The notes beneath the pieces were generated by a model. It saw only the letters and a list, made by a program, of their open reading frames with translations, was not told where the DNA came from and searched no databases. Positions 1 through 10,909 of a stretch of DNA of 64,000 nt are shown one piece after another; the stretch's first letter is position 1; every line of letters starts with the position of its first letter. Where the stretch lies: positions 13,950,001-14,014,000 of the forward strand of contig OZ193909.1 in NCBI GenBank assembly GCA_964276515.1. Reading direction: 5' to 3'. The translations under genes were made by a program, and so were the position numbers. Origin of the DNA: Gordius albopunctatus (taxonomy: Eukaryota).

Positions 1-330
1 GTATCGCTCATTTGATGCTCTCCTAGTAGGGACTTTAAATGTCGTAATAATTGAGATGGGGATTTTTCACCCATGTAAATTTATTTAAAAAGGTTTTGGA
101 TTCTCTTAGTGTCACTTTGTCCAATTTTTTTTAATCAATGCTTGTTTTAAGGCATCATATGGATTCTCTTCAGGGATGTTAAGGATGAGATCTGCGACCT
201 CTTCTGCCACTTCTACGGGGAGAGATTCTAATAAATATGCCTATTTTACCTTCTGAGAAGATATCTTCCTGGTTGAGAATATAGCATCGACCTGTGCTAT
301 CCAAATCTGCCTATCCACAAACATCAATTC
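1..330 (-). mobile_element. Degraded Ty3/Gypsy (Mag-like) gag fragment, running off the window edge
   Basis: Minus strand reads IWIAQVDAIF...SLPVEVAEEVADLILNIPEENPYDALKQALIK...MGEKSPSQLLRHLKSL with a stop and frameshifts. This resembles the WFAQVEAQF...PYDxLKxALI...KPSQLLR gag pattern. Confidence 0.65.
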
Positions 331-434
331 AAAATGATTGAGATGCTTGTTTGGTTTCGCGCTCCGTTGCTCATTTACTTTCGAGCAGCGACACCAAACA
401 ACATTACAACCTTCGCTCATTGGTGTTTGATAAA

Positions 435-1030
435 TCTGGCCACAAATGGCTTGAGGCTTACACCCTAAATATTCAAATATGATGTTGGAGGATCCCGAGC
501 TATCTCTACAGTATAGCTCTACGCCTTAGCATTAAATACACCAAACCATATGCCTGTAGGAATTGCGACTTGCCAGTTGACGAAGAAGCCCTTCATCCAT
601 TACATTGTAGTTTAAACAAATTCAGACACATACGACACTCTAAAATCAACTCCATCATCCAGTCAGCCCTTAAAAAGGCTAAAATCCCCTCCATTCTTGA
701 TCCGTCAGACCCTTCTCTTGAGGGTCGAATGCGCCCTGACGGCTCCTCACTTGTTCCTTGGGAAAATGGTCTATTCTTAAAATGTGACTTTACATACATT
801 TATTTGTTTGCCCCTTCAAATCTCAATTATGATCCAATGGCCCTCGCCGAGGCCGCAAATTAACAAAATACAAGGCCCTTTTAAGCTCAAGTATTTTTAT
901 CCCCATAGTTTCATCCTCTTCCGGCTCTTATGGGAAAATGCCATTAGCCTTTTTTAAAGAGCAGACGATCTCCTCCTTCTAAATATTCTCCCGCATTTCT
1001 ACTAAAACAATCAATTGCAATTTTAATCGC
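435..1030 (+). mobile_element. CRE-like non-LTR retrotransposon 3' fragment (restriction-like endonuclease), copy 1
   Basis: ORF 570-863 contains RHSKINSIIQSAL...IPS..P...RPDG..LVPWENG...DFT, the RHN...RPDG..PW..G...D motif of CRE/R2-type RLE domains. Frameshifted. Confidence 0.75.
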
Positions 1031-1034
1031 AAAA

Positions 1035-1770
1035 ACGGATCGGGTCACGAGTGGCTAGAAGCTTATCCTAGTTCACTTTTTGGACTGATGTTAGAGGACC
1101 CAGAGCTTGCATACTCTATCGCCCTCAGACTAGGAATTCTCTATTCAAAGGAATATTCCTGCCGCAAATGCTCCCAGAACGTTTTACAATAAAATTAAAT
1201 ACACAAGGCACGAAAAGGTTAATAGCCTTATCCAAGCCGCTCTTAAAATTTTGAGCCTTCTGACCCTTCGTTAGAGGGAAGGATGCGACCAGACGGCTCT
1301 ACCCTCATCTCTTGGCAAAATGGTCTTGCCTTTAATGGGATTTCGCCTGCATAGACATTTTCGCCCCCTCTAACCAAAACTACAACGCTCTCACCCTCGC
1401 CGAACACCGCAAAACGGTAAAATACCAGGCCCTCCTACCCTCGAATATCTTTACTCCAATCGTTGCCTCATGTTCTGGGACTTTTAGTCCTGTCGCCATC
1501 AAGCTTTTTAAAGATATCAGCCGTCGCTGCCCGCCCTCTAAATATTCCACAAATTTTTTACTTAAACAAAAAATTGGTATTTTAATAGCAAAGTACAATT
1601 TTAAATCCCTAGCCGACAGCTGGCCACTTTTATTAGATGATTCATGCGACGCTTTTTAATTATAATTTTTTTTTATTTTGTTTTATTCCCGCTCTTATAT
1701 TTTTCGAATTTTAACACTTCGTTTTTTATAACTTTCTTACATTCAAATAAACAATACATACAAAAAAAAT
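1035..1770 (+). mobile_element. CRE-like non-LTR 3' fragment, copy 2 (tandem), with A-rich tail
   Basis: GHEWLEAYPSSLFGLMLEDPELAYSIALRLG...RPDGSTLISWQNG...KQKIGILIAKYN, followed by AATAAA and an A run at about 1762-1769. Directly repeats 435-1030. Confidence 0.75.
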
Positions 1771-1841
1771 GTTAGGTCTAAAGCTTCAATTGCCCCTCCT
1801 AATTGTTGATTTTGTAATTGCACAGTAATTAATAATATGAA

Positions 1842-1997
1842 CATGTGCGTAGCCAGGGCCCCCCCCCCTAAATGGCGAAAATAAAATTCAATGCAAAAAC
1901 CCTTAAGAATTAAAAAAAATTATGTTTTGCCCCTCCCTAATTGAACTTTTAAATGTTTTGCCCCCCCCCCCTAATCTAAAACCTGGGTAGGCCTATG
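1842..1997. mobile_element. MITE of the CATGGGCGTAGCC-end family
   Basis: Ends CATGTGCGTAGCCAGG...CCTGGGTAGGCCTATG with poly-C subterminal tracts. Similar to 53863-54037. Confidence 0.65.
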
Positions 1998-2286
1998 AAA
2001 AACAAACTGCTTTAATTTAATAAACTCAAATTTATTGTCACTTAAAAGTTAAAAATACGTATTTTAGTATTTTAAATGAACTTTTTTGTGTTATTTACTT
2101 ATAATATACTGACCTCCTTCAAAATTATGAGAGCTATTAGATACATACATTTAAAGACAGGTAATTATAATTTTGAGTAAAAAATGAGCTAGACAGGAAT
2201 TAAGGGTTGTGCTTTTATGAGTCATAAGCTTAAGGCTTTTTAGGGGTTTGTATGTTTAAAGTCGCTTTTAGACCTGTAATTGGGCT

Positions 2287-3249
2287 TAGAGGTGGGCGCG
2301 GGCCGTGAAATTACGCGTGACCCACCGTGTCACGGTGGGTCACGGCGTGAATGTGAAGAAATTTTAAATTAGTAGGCGTGACTGGGCGTGACGGGCCTTT
2401 CCAAAATTTTCCATAAATCACGGAGGCGTGAACACAAATTTCCATAAATCACGGAGATTTTAATTTTTAAAATTGTTTTTTATTAATATAAATTTGCAGA
2501 TTTATAATTTTAAAAAAAATATATATTATTTATTATTCTGTGGGACATTAAATTCGGCGAGATGTTTTTCGGCAAGTTGATATGTATAAAACTACCATAA
2601 AAATGCTAAATGTCATAAAATATGATATGAATGAGTCAATGCCAACACCAACTATTAGCTGTCATGATTCGTCCTACACTCACAAGAAACCTAATATTCT
2701 AAATGAAACATTTAGAGAATTTCTAGATGATACTGATGAACCCTCACCATCTATTGAAGAAAGCTGCGAGGATGAACTTAAAAGATTCATCGCTCAAAAG
2801 ACAATTAATAATGATAGTATTTTGAAGTTTTGGAAGCATGAAAATTCGTTTCCTTTTTTGAAAAAATTAGCGAGTAAAATTTTATCGGCCCCTGCAAGTT
2901 CGGCATCTAGTGAAAGATTGTTCTCTGTAGCCAATCGCTTGTTGGAGGAAAGGCGTACTCAATTAAAATCAAAAAACATGGATATTATTCTTTTTTTAAA
3001 TAAAAATTTCGATTTATAAATTTTAATTATTTTTTGTTATGGAATTATAGAAATAAATAGAATAAATTCAACAAAGTGTATAATTATAGGTTACCATTAC
3101 TAATTTTGAAAAATTTAAAAACACCGTGAATTTTCGGGCGTGACGTGCGTGAATCAAAATATTGCCTTTCGTGAGTGGGCGTAAATTTTTTTAATACCAC
3201 CGTGAGTGGGCGGGCCGTGAATAAAAAATTAGGCCCGCGCCCACCTCTA
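2287..3249 (+). mobile_element. Non-autonomous hAT element retaining the C-terminal dimerisation domain (ORF 2582-3019)
   Basis: Perfect TIR TAGAGGTGGGCGCGGGCC and 8-bp TSD ATTGGGCT (2279-2286, 3250-3257). ORF has FWK...FPFLKKLA..ILSAPASSASSERLFS. Confidence 0.92.
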
Positions 3250-3412
3250 ATTGGGCTAGTTGAGCAGGCCTAGCTCGAGCTCAATATTTGTACCCAAGTC
3301 TAGTCTAAACTCTTTTCTGGCGGGCTTGTTCCGGTGCTCAGACCTGCATGGAATATTGTAAAAGTTATATAAGAGTGAAAAATATTGATTTACAATACAA
3401 TAGGCTATTTAT

Positions 3413-3615
3413 CAGTGGCGTAAATGAGGGGGGGGGACAATAACTAAATTAAATGGGTTTTATAGTTTCGTTATATCAAAGACTTTAAGACAATTATAAA
3501 AACCTAGAAACATAATATATACATCTAATTTTTTTTTTATTTAATTTTTGACAAAATGCGTTGTAAAAATTCCGAATATGCCCCCCCCCTCGTGAAAATC
3601 CTGGCTACGTGCCTG
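3413..3615. mobile_element. hAT-type MITE
   Basis: CAGTGGCGTA...TACGTGCCTG ends with 8-bp TSD CTATTTAT on both sides. Confidence 0.8.
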
Positions 3616-3945
3616 CTATTTATCAATATATTAAATAGGTGCAACAAAAGACTTAAAAAATAAGAGATCTTCTCCTAGAATTATGCAGAAAATAGGAAAT
3701 TTTTCTTCTCCGGATAGCTTGATAAGTAACCATTAAAAGCCGTTCCATTATTTTAAAATAACATTAGCGTAAAGAATAATATTATATGGATTTTTAATGC
3801 GCTTGCTATATTTTAATGCTTAATTAATGCATTTAAATTACTCGTACTTTATATATTTTAATAATTAAGTTCATTTGCTTATTGAAAGTTGCTAATAGAA
3901 TACTCTATAAATTATCTAATTTTGTTTTACAATTTTTTTTCTAAC

Positions 3946-5418
3946 ATGATATGGCTTTCAATTTTATATCTCTTTGCTAATTGTTTCAATGCTTACATGA
4001 GCTATTGCTCCAGACGCAAATATAATATAGACAATCCTTATATTAAACCAAGAAATTTGCCATTTAATCTGCATCTTAAAACCCGTTCCGATGTAATCGA
4101 TCATTACACAATGTTAAATATTTTTGACTCGCACAACACGCTTAGACCCATAGTACGTTCTCTTAACAACATGCTGGATCACACGTATTATGTTGGAGTT
4201 ATATTCGGTCAAAATAATTCATTTTTCTTTGGTAGCTATTCCCATCCTTATTTTGAAGGATTTATCTACATCAAAGACGTCATACATTATGTTGATGTCA
4301 ATAATCCCTTTGATCAATATAGAACCACAAATTTTGCTCTCGATGATATTATGGGTCTACAATCTATGTCTGAGCTGAGACAAGATGCCATCGTTTTTCA
4401 TAGAAAAGATCCGTGGCAACCGGATAAAAATTGGTTAGAAAAACTGAATAAATTTACGAATGCCAGTGGGGACCCCTTGTTATTGAGGCAGCGTTTGAAT
4501 CAGTTTGAGCCGGGTAGTAAGAAAGTATGTGGCCTACATATAATCGTAGATATTTCGTTTATGGAAAATGTGGTGCGAGGTAGTGTGGCTCTAGCCTTGC
4601 ATAATATAGTCTTAATCGCTGGAGCATTGGATTTTATTTATAGGTCAATGGACTTCACTGATGACGGCCTCGTAGATCACGTGGGATTTAGGGTATCGAA
4701 GATCACTCTTTACATGGATTGGAGTCATTCTGATATGAGAGACGTCTTTTCAAGCCAAGACGCAGAGTACAACAAAGGACATTATTTAGAAAAAATCTCC
4801 CGAAAGAATTATGGTAACGAATACTGCTTGGCAGTGGTATTCACATACCAGAATTTACGGCAAGTGACAGGCCAGGCATGGATGGCCAGCTCGGACATGT
4901 CCACATATGCTGGTATATTTGCGAACGACATATCTTACCAGAGATCATCAAACTTTATTATGAATGCTAATGTGGCGTTTGTTAATTTCTTCGATTACAC
5001 TTTCTTGCCGGGAAACTTTAGAAGTCTTCCACTTGCCCTTAACACATTGGCCCACGAGGTTGGTCACAGTTTTGGTGCCGATCACGAGGAAGATATAAAT
5101 TGTTTTAGCCTTAGTATAAAACCATCACTGATGTCAGCTTTTACATCAATACGGTTCAGAGGTTTACAAGAATACCAGTTTAGCCTTTGTAATATCCAAG
5201 CAATGAAGAGAGTTATAGTAAGCAGGTTGCATATGTTTGAAAGATGCCCTCACAGCGACAACTTAGAATTCTATGATGTACTGGCTACTTTCCATATATC
5301 GCCGACTAAAAAGGTACCTGACTCTCAAAAAAACTTGTGTCCTAACCGTTTACTTTGTCCATTAATATTATTTCTGAATATTTTTATACACAAATTGCAA
5401 ATTTATGTAAATATATAA
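3946..5418 (+). CDS. ADAM10/ADAM17-like zinc metalloprotease (M12B), single exon, pro- plus catalytic domain only
   Basis: ATG 3946 starts a signal-like MIWLSILYLFANCFNA. Motifs: YCLAVVFT...GQAW, zinc motif HEVGHSFGADH (5053-5085), Met-turn SLMS, QFSLC. Hydrophobic C-terminus. Confidence 0.88.
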   Translation: MIWLSILYLFANCFNAYMSYCSRRKYNIDNPYIKPRNLPFNLHLKTRSDVIDHYTMLNIFDSHNTLRPIVRSLNNMLDHTYYVGVIFGQNNSFFFGSYSHPYFEGFIYIKDVIHYVDVNNPFDQYRTTNFALDDIMGLQSMSELRQDAIVFHRKDPWQPDKNWLEKLNKFTNASGDPLLLRQRLNQFEPGSKKVCGLHIIVDISFMENVVRGSVALALHNIVLIAGALDFIYRSMDFTDDGLVDHVGFRVSKITLYMDWSHSDMRDVFSSQDAEYNKGHYLEKISRKNYGNEYCLAVVFTYQNLRQVTGQAWMASSDMSTYAGIFANDISYQRSSNFIMNANVAFVNFFDYTFLPGNFRSLPLALNTLAHEVGHSFGADHEEDINCFSLSIKPSLMSAFTSIRFRGLQEYQFSLCNIQAMKRVIVSRLHMFERCPHSDNLEFYDVLATFHISPTKKVPDSQKNLCPNRLLCPLILFLNIFIHKLQIYVNI

Positions 5419-6413
5419 AAATTAAAATAATCAAGAAACAAAATTTTATAAGATTTATTATCCCATAGGCAGCCTAGTGGAATATCGTTTTTAAGATTTG
5501 AGTGTGATTGAGACCACTAGAACAAAACTAATCCAAAGCTAAATTGATCTTTTTGTATATTATCTCGATTATGATTATATACCAGGATCATTAGATCCTT
5601 TAAATTTGTTTAATATAACATATCTTTATGTTCCAAGTTACAAGCTATTCAAGCATAGATTTTATTATAACAAAAAAACTCATTCCGAATTCATTTTTAA
5701 ATATATATAATTTTGTTAAGAATTGCGCTTTCAATAAATAAGTAAATTGATACGCTTTATTTATATTTTTAAACCACATAATTATTTTTAATGCATTACA
5801 ACTTGTAGACTAAATTTCTATTATAACTTGAGTAGAATATTTGTTTTTTGAAAGGTTTTTCTTATCAGAATATGCGGTGTTCGATGTGATTTCTTCCGTT
5901 TCCTCGGGATACTGTCAATATTTTAAGGCTTCATTAATAATGAAGATCGTTTTTTGTTTTCGAGCATATTTTGGAAAAAACATTTTTACTTCTAAATTGA
6001 ATATTAGAGTTCAATTGAATAACTCTGGTAAGATTTTAAGAAACTAATAGCCATTTGCAAAATTACAAATTAAGTTTCATCACTAGCATCTAAAATTTGT
6101 GAATGATTCGGGACCGTCTTTTTACAGGATTAAACTTCAAAGGCGCTCAATTTTTTGTAAAAATTAGCGATTCACATGTTATGGATTCAACAACTATTTT
6201 AATTTAGTTAAATATGCATTAATACGCGTACCAAAAAGATAAAAATTTGTTTTATAAACAATATCAATGTTTGGAGATTTTATCAACATGACATAAGATA
6301 ATTTTAAATATAAAAATTTATTTAATAAATACACCTTAAAGAGACCCATTATCTCATTTTAGCAATAAATAATACAAAAAATACATCATGATTCTAAGGT
6401 ATATTGTGTTTAA

Positions 6414-7564
6414 CTAGAAAAAAATGGAGGTTAAGATAAGGTCATACCCGGAAAACTTTGTTTTGTCATTTACCCGGGTGTATTAAATTATGTTGAAATT
6501 TTAGGGCATATATGATGATAATGCGGTTATTGAAGTAAAAATAAAGTTTGATGTCTATATGTTCTACTTCTATTGTTTTATTTCCGTATACAGTGCAACG
6601 CGTACGAATACTCAAAATCTACTGGACCGATTTGGCTCGAACAAATCTTAAAACATGCTCCAGAGTGTCAGGAATAAACTGTGAAATTTTGAGCCAAATC
6701 GGTCTGGTAGTTTTTCAAAATGGCGGCATATATATACACACACATACATAGAGTCATTTTTATATATAAGATTGGTAAGTGTTTATTATGCAAAAAAATT
6801 TTAAACAAATAGTTAAAGAGGGTCCAAGGACCAGGCCCATCCAAGAGAGAAAACCTGGCCCCATGCCCCCCCAAGGGGAAAATCTTTGGCCCCCTGGCCC
6901 TTCAAGCAATTTTTTTTAATTTTTTGTAATTAAGAAACAATATCATAATTATAATTATTTGTTTCTGAATAAAACTTTTAATTCTGAACTTAATAATGTC
7001 CGAAGAATTGAGATATATCCACATTTATTGGCACTTTGTTTAAAGTATTTTCATTTTTCTCCTTATTTAACGCGCAAAAAATGATAAAATGAGATTTTTT
7101 AATTTATTTAGCCATGCAGGAAGGGACACGACCGTCCTATAATAATAATTGACGTGAAAAATAAGGGAAAAAATGACTTTGATTTAATGTTTCAAATCCT
7201 AAAGAGTTTCCATTTTTCGCAGCACATGCCTACATTTATCACATTACACTACCTACACGCATGGCGGTCTAGAAAATACTATAAGTGATACACTTTTATT
7301 AAAGAACTGTATATTAACACGATAGATACGCATTAAGTCATGAGGTTGCGTTTGATTGACATTTTATTAAAGGTGAAAACGTATGAAACAAACCCAAAAA
7401 CTACTGGACCGATTTGGCTCGAACAAATCTTAAAACACGCTCCGGTGTGTCAGGAATAAACTGTGAAACTTTGAGCCAAATCGGTCTGGTAGTTTTCTAA
7501 AATTGGTGGCGGCATATATTATACACACATACATACATACATAGTTTCATTTTTATATATAAGA
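6414..7564 (-). mobile_element. Non-autonomous Helitron (composite copy)
   Basis: Reverse-complement copy of 30813-31767. 5' TC at 7564 after A, hairpin remnant near 6447-6478, and a second internal 5' end at about 6590-6771. The 3' CTAG at 6414-6417 is separated from the hairpin by extra sequence, so this boundary is tentative. Confidence 0.75.
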
Positions 7565-7569
7565 TTAAT

Positions 7570-8151
7570 TAACCAGGCGTTTGGGTTTTATAATATATTG
7601 ACAAATTTTTTATCAGGTATTATGAAATATATAATACAGATCCACATACCATTTTATTACAAAAATAAAAATAAGTCCCATAAGAATTATAGAAGATAAA
7701 GCTTTCCAGTTATTGGAATTTGTATTAATAATTATGCTACGGGTAAAAATATGTGATAAATTGATATATATTAAATTATTCACATACACAAAGGACCACA
7801 CATTAGGTAAAATTACTTAAAATTTGAATTTTTGCAAAAACATATTATGCCTATTATACCTGGCTTTTTTTAAATATTTAATATATTCCAACCATATTGA
7901 TTTACATTTTATACCATAAATGTGAATCATACTATATAAAATAACGCAATTAGATTTACTAAAATTTTATTACCGGTAAAGTTTAAGCCGAGATCTCGTC
8001 GAAACAATCTCGTATCGTCTTGTCTCGGCATTAAAATTATTGTCTCGATCCTGGGTCAGTTTTTCAAAATCTCGTCTCGTCTCGGGTTTTTGAAATAAAA
8101 CGAGACGAGATAGGACAAGACCGAGATTATTCTCAGTTTTTCGCATCACTA
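7570..8151. mobile_element. One-ended hAT-like repeat (TAGTGATGCG terminus, GAGAC-rich subterminus)
   Basis: Ends ...CGCATCACTA at 8151. Homologous to about 21850-22376 and, inverted, to 27344-27720. Confidence 0.6.
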
Positions 8152-8361
8152 TATAAGAAATTTAAATATATATTTATTTAGTTTAAATTAATATTGAACT
8201 TTCACACACTATTTATATACAATTAATAAATACTATTTTGTTGATATATTCTACCTGCGAGTCAAATTTAAATTTGCGTCCAGATTAAATTAATCAGATT
8301 TAAATAATTAAAAGGAAATTAAATCAAGAAATAAATAAATTATCCTAATTAATTATACATT

Positions 8362-9377
8362 TACCAATTAATGTAATAAGAGTTTTATTAAATATCCAAA
8401 TAAAAGAGCAAGCGTCTTTTGAGAAAAATAAGTGCGTTTATATAATCGCGCATTAATTGAATAAACAATTAAATTTAGTGTTGAGTCCTCGAGGTGTTTG
8501 TGATTGGTCAATTAACGTCGCGAGGTAATGGACGCAACGCTACAAATAGTCCCCTTCGTAGAGGTGGAGCGTTACTTAAAATTGAAAAATTTTGGTTGAT
8601 GTAAAGTATGTGTAAAGGATGTTCGTACTACCAGCCAGTTTTGTTTCCGCCTACCGTGGTTGTTAGTAAGGTGACCGAGGTGTGAGTTGCGTGTATGTTG
8701 TTGTGCTGCTATCCAATATATTAATAAGATACAGGCCGCGGGCAGAGGTATCTATATTGGAATTGCAATCGGTCATCAACTAAACCGGTAAGCGGTGGTG
8801 AGAACGTTGGTAGTAGGTGTCATTGTTTTGCCGAACGTAGTCTTTGCTCGTTGCAAGAGGCCATGTGGTGTTGATGTTGAGATGGGTTTTGTGATTAGGG
8901 CCATGCGCAGCAGTGGACGGGCGTTCGGCAGACGTTGTTGTTGTCTATGTAGAGGTGTAGTAGAACATCATGTTTTCCCTCGTAGAAACACACAGATAGG
9001 TAGGCAACTTGTCACAGCAGTCAGACACGTATTGCTAGAGGTCTTAAGAGGTTGAAGTTTTGTTGCAGCTCGATCGTGGATGCCAGATTGCCAAAGATAG
9101 TGCCTAATATTTAAGGGCGTATTCAGGGAGAGTTTTTAAAAAAAATATATGGCTCCCCCAAACGGGGTCACCAATGTCGAGAATGGGATATATATACCAA
9201 TTAATGTAATAAGAGTTTTATTAAATATCCAAATAAAAGAGCAAGTGTCTTTTGAGAAAAATAAGTGCGTTTATATAATCGCGCATTAATTGAATAAACA
9301 ATTAAATTTAGTGTTGAGTCCTCGAGGTGCTTGTGATTGGTCAATTGATGTCGCGAGGTAATGGACGCAACGCTACA
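8362..9377 (-). mobile_element. Miniature LTR retroelement (TRIM-like, Gypsy-type signals)
   Basis: 183-bp near-identical direct repeats 8362-8544 and 9195-9377. The full LTR 9175-9377 reads TG...CA on the minus strand. PBS TGGTGACCCCG (9173-9163) is complementary to the tRNA-Trp 3' end. A purine run GAAGGGGA precedes the other LTR. Confidence 0.85.
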
Positions 9378-9799
9378 TATGTATTATGTGTTTTGCAATG
9401 TAGGATTCAAAACATTTAACCTTAGTCATTAAATCCAACCCAACCCGAAAGCATTTTAAAATTTTCACCCGAACCCGATCCGACCCAAACACATTTCTAA
9501 AATTTCAACCCAGGGTCACCCATGCAGGTCTCTACTATGAACCCAATCTAAATTACACGTTTATTTAGAATCATGAGTAAATCATTGACAAAAATTTGTA
9601 CCGTGGCATATACAAGGGCGCCCTTAAAACTCTTTCCCTAATGCGCAGTCTTGCCAAGAAGTATGTATAAATCCATTTAATCCACTTGTAACTAGATAAC
9701 AGTCGGTATGAGACAGCTGAAATTTAAATTTTAAAAAATTAAAATATGAAAACGTGATTTTACAATGCATTTTTCGAGAATTTTGATTACAAGATTTCA

Positions 9800-10909
9800 A
9801 TGGCACAGTTTATATTTACATTAAAAGGTGTCTTTTTTAAGTTATTGCCTATTAAATTTAAGTGGAAATTTATTGGTCTTATAAAAAATACAATATTTAA
9901 TATCAGAAAACCAGGAATTTATGATAATGCCATGATGTTTGAAAATAAAGACCTAATAATTGCAAACAAATGTTTTAATGTTCCAATTAATAGCTTTGAT
10001 CTGAAAATAAATAACACTCTTGCAAATTATCTTGCTCTACAAAAACCTTATTTAGTAAACAAGCATCTTAAATTTGGATTTAGATTCCCTCACCGCTTGG
10101 ACTATGGGACTAGTGGATTAATATGTATAGCCCTAAATCACAAAACCTATTGCCTAAGTAATCTATTTGTAAAATAAAGCATTTATATTTTAGTGTATGA
10201 GTTGTTTGAACAAAGAAAAGTGGTAAAGCTATACTTAGCTTTGATATATGGACATTTTAATGTCAATAAATTGTCCATAATTAAGGGAATAATTGTACAG
10301 GATAGGTCAGTTTTACCACATTGTAAAATGATTTGTAGAAACACATATATTGATAACAATGCAAATTCAAATTTACTGTGTAAACATACCGATACAAAGC
10401 ACAATACTCATAATAAGGGAAAAAGTTTAAAATATTGGCATTTAAAGGGAGGCAAAACAGCCATAACCTTAGTACAATCTTTAGAATATGGATATTACAA
10501 AGGGAAACCCTGTACAAAAATTTTGTGTTCACCCTATACTGGCAGAAGACATCAGATTCGGGCTCAACTTGCAAAATTAGGTTATCCTATTGTGGGTGAT
10601 TACACTTACACAAACTCTTTGACTTTATCAGATAAATGGTTTAATCTAAAATGCCATAGGACAATGTTGCACTCTTATTATATGTCTTTTCCATTGCCTA
10701 CGAAAAACCATTGTGGCGTTAATGGTGATAATTTGTTGAATAATTACATTTTTAAAACACATGATCCTTTTGTAAATGAAATTGACATAAATTGGATACC
10801 ACATTATAAAATTAATTTGTTAGATGATACATTGAAACAATTTGTAAATATACTACAAAACTATCATGTATCTTTTGATATCAAAAATAAAGAAAAATTT
10901 TCACCATAA
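9800..10909 (+). CDS. RPUSD1: RluA-family RNA pseudouridine synthase, RPUSD1-like; exons 9800-10157 and 10194-10909
   Basis: GFRFPHRLDYGTSG catalytic motif, KLYLALIYG, PYTGRRHQIRAQLAKLGYPIVGDYTY and RTMLHS. A 36-nt GT-AG intron (10158-10193) removes the in-frame stop. The start codon is uncertain. Confidence 0.85.

Noticed and set aside
8795..9055. Cys/Arg-rich 86-aa ORF
   Set aside because: It is antisense within the miniature LTR element, has a GTG start and shows no motif.
10175..10177. In-frame TAA in the pseudouridine synthase as a pseudogene or recoding signal
   Set aside because: It lies within a 36-nt GT-AG intron whose removal restores the expected motif spacing.
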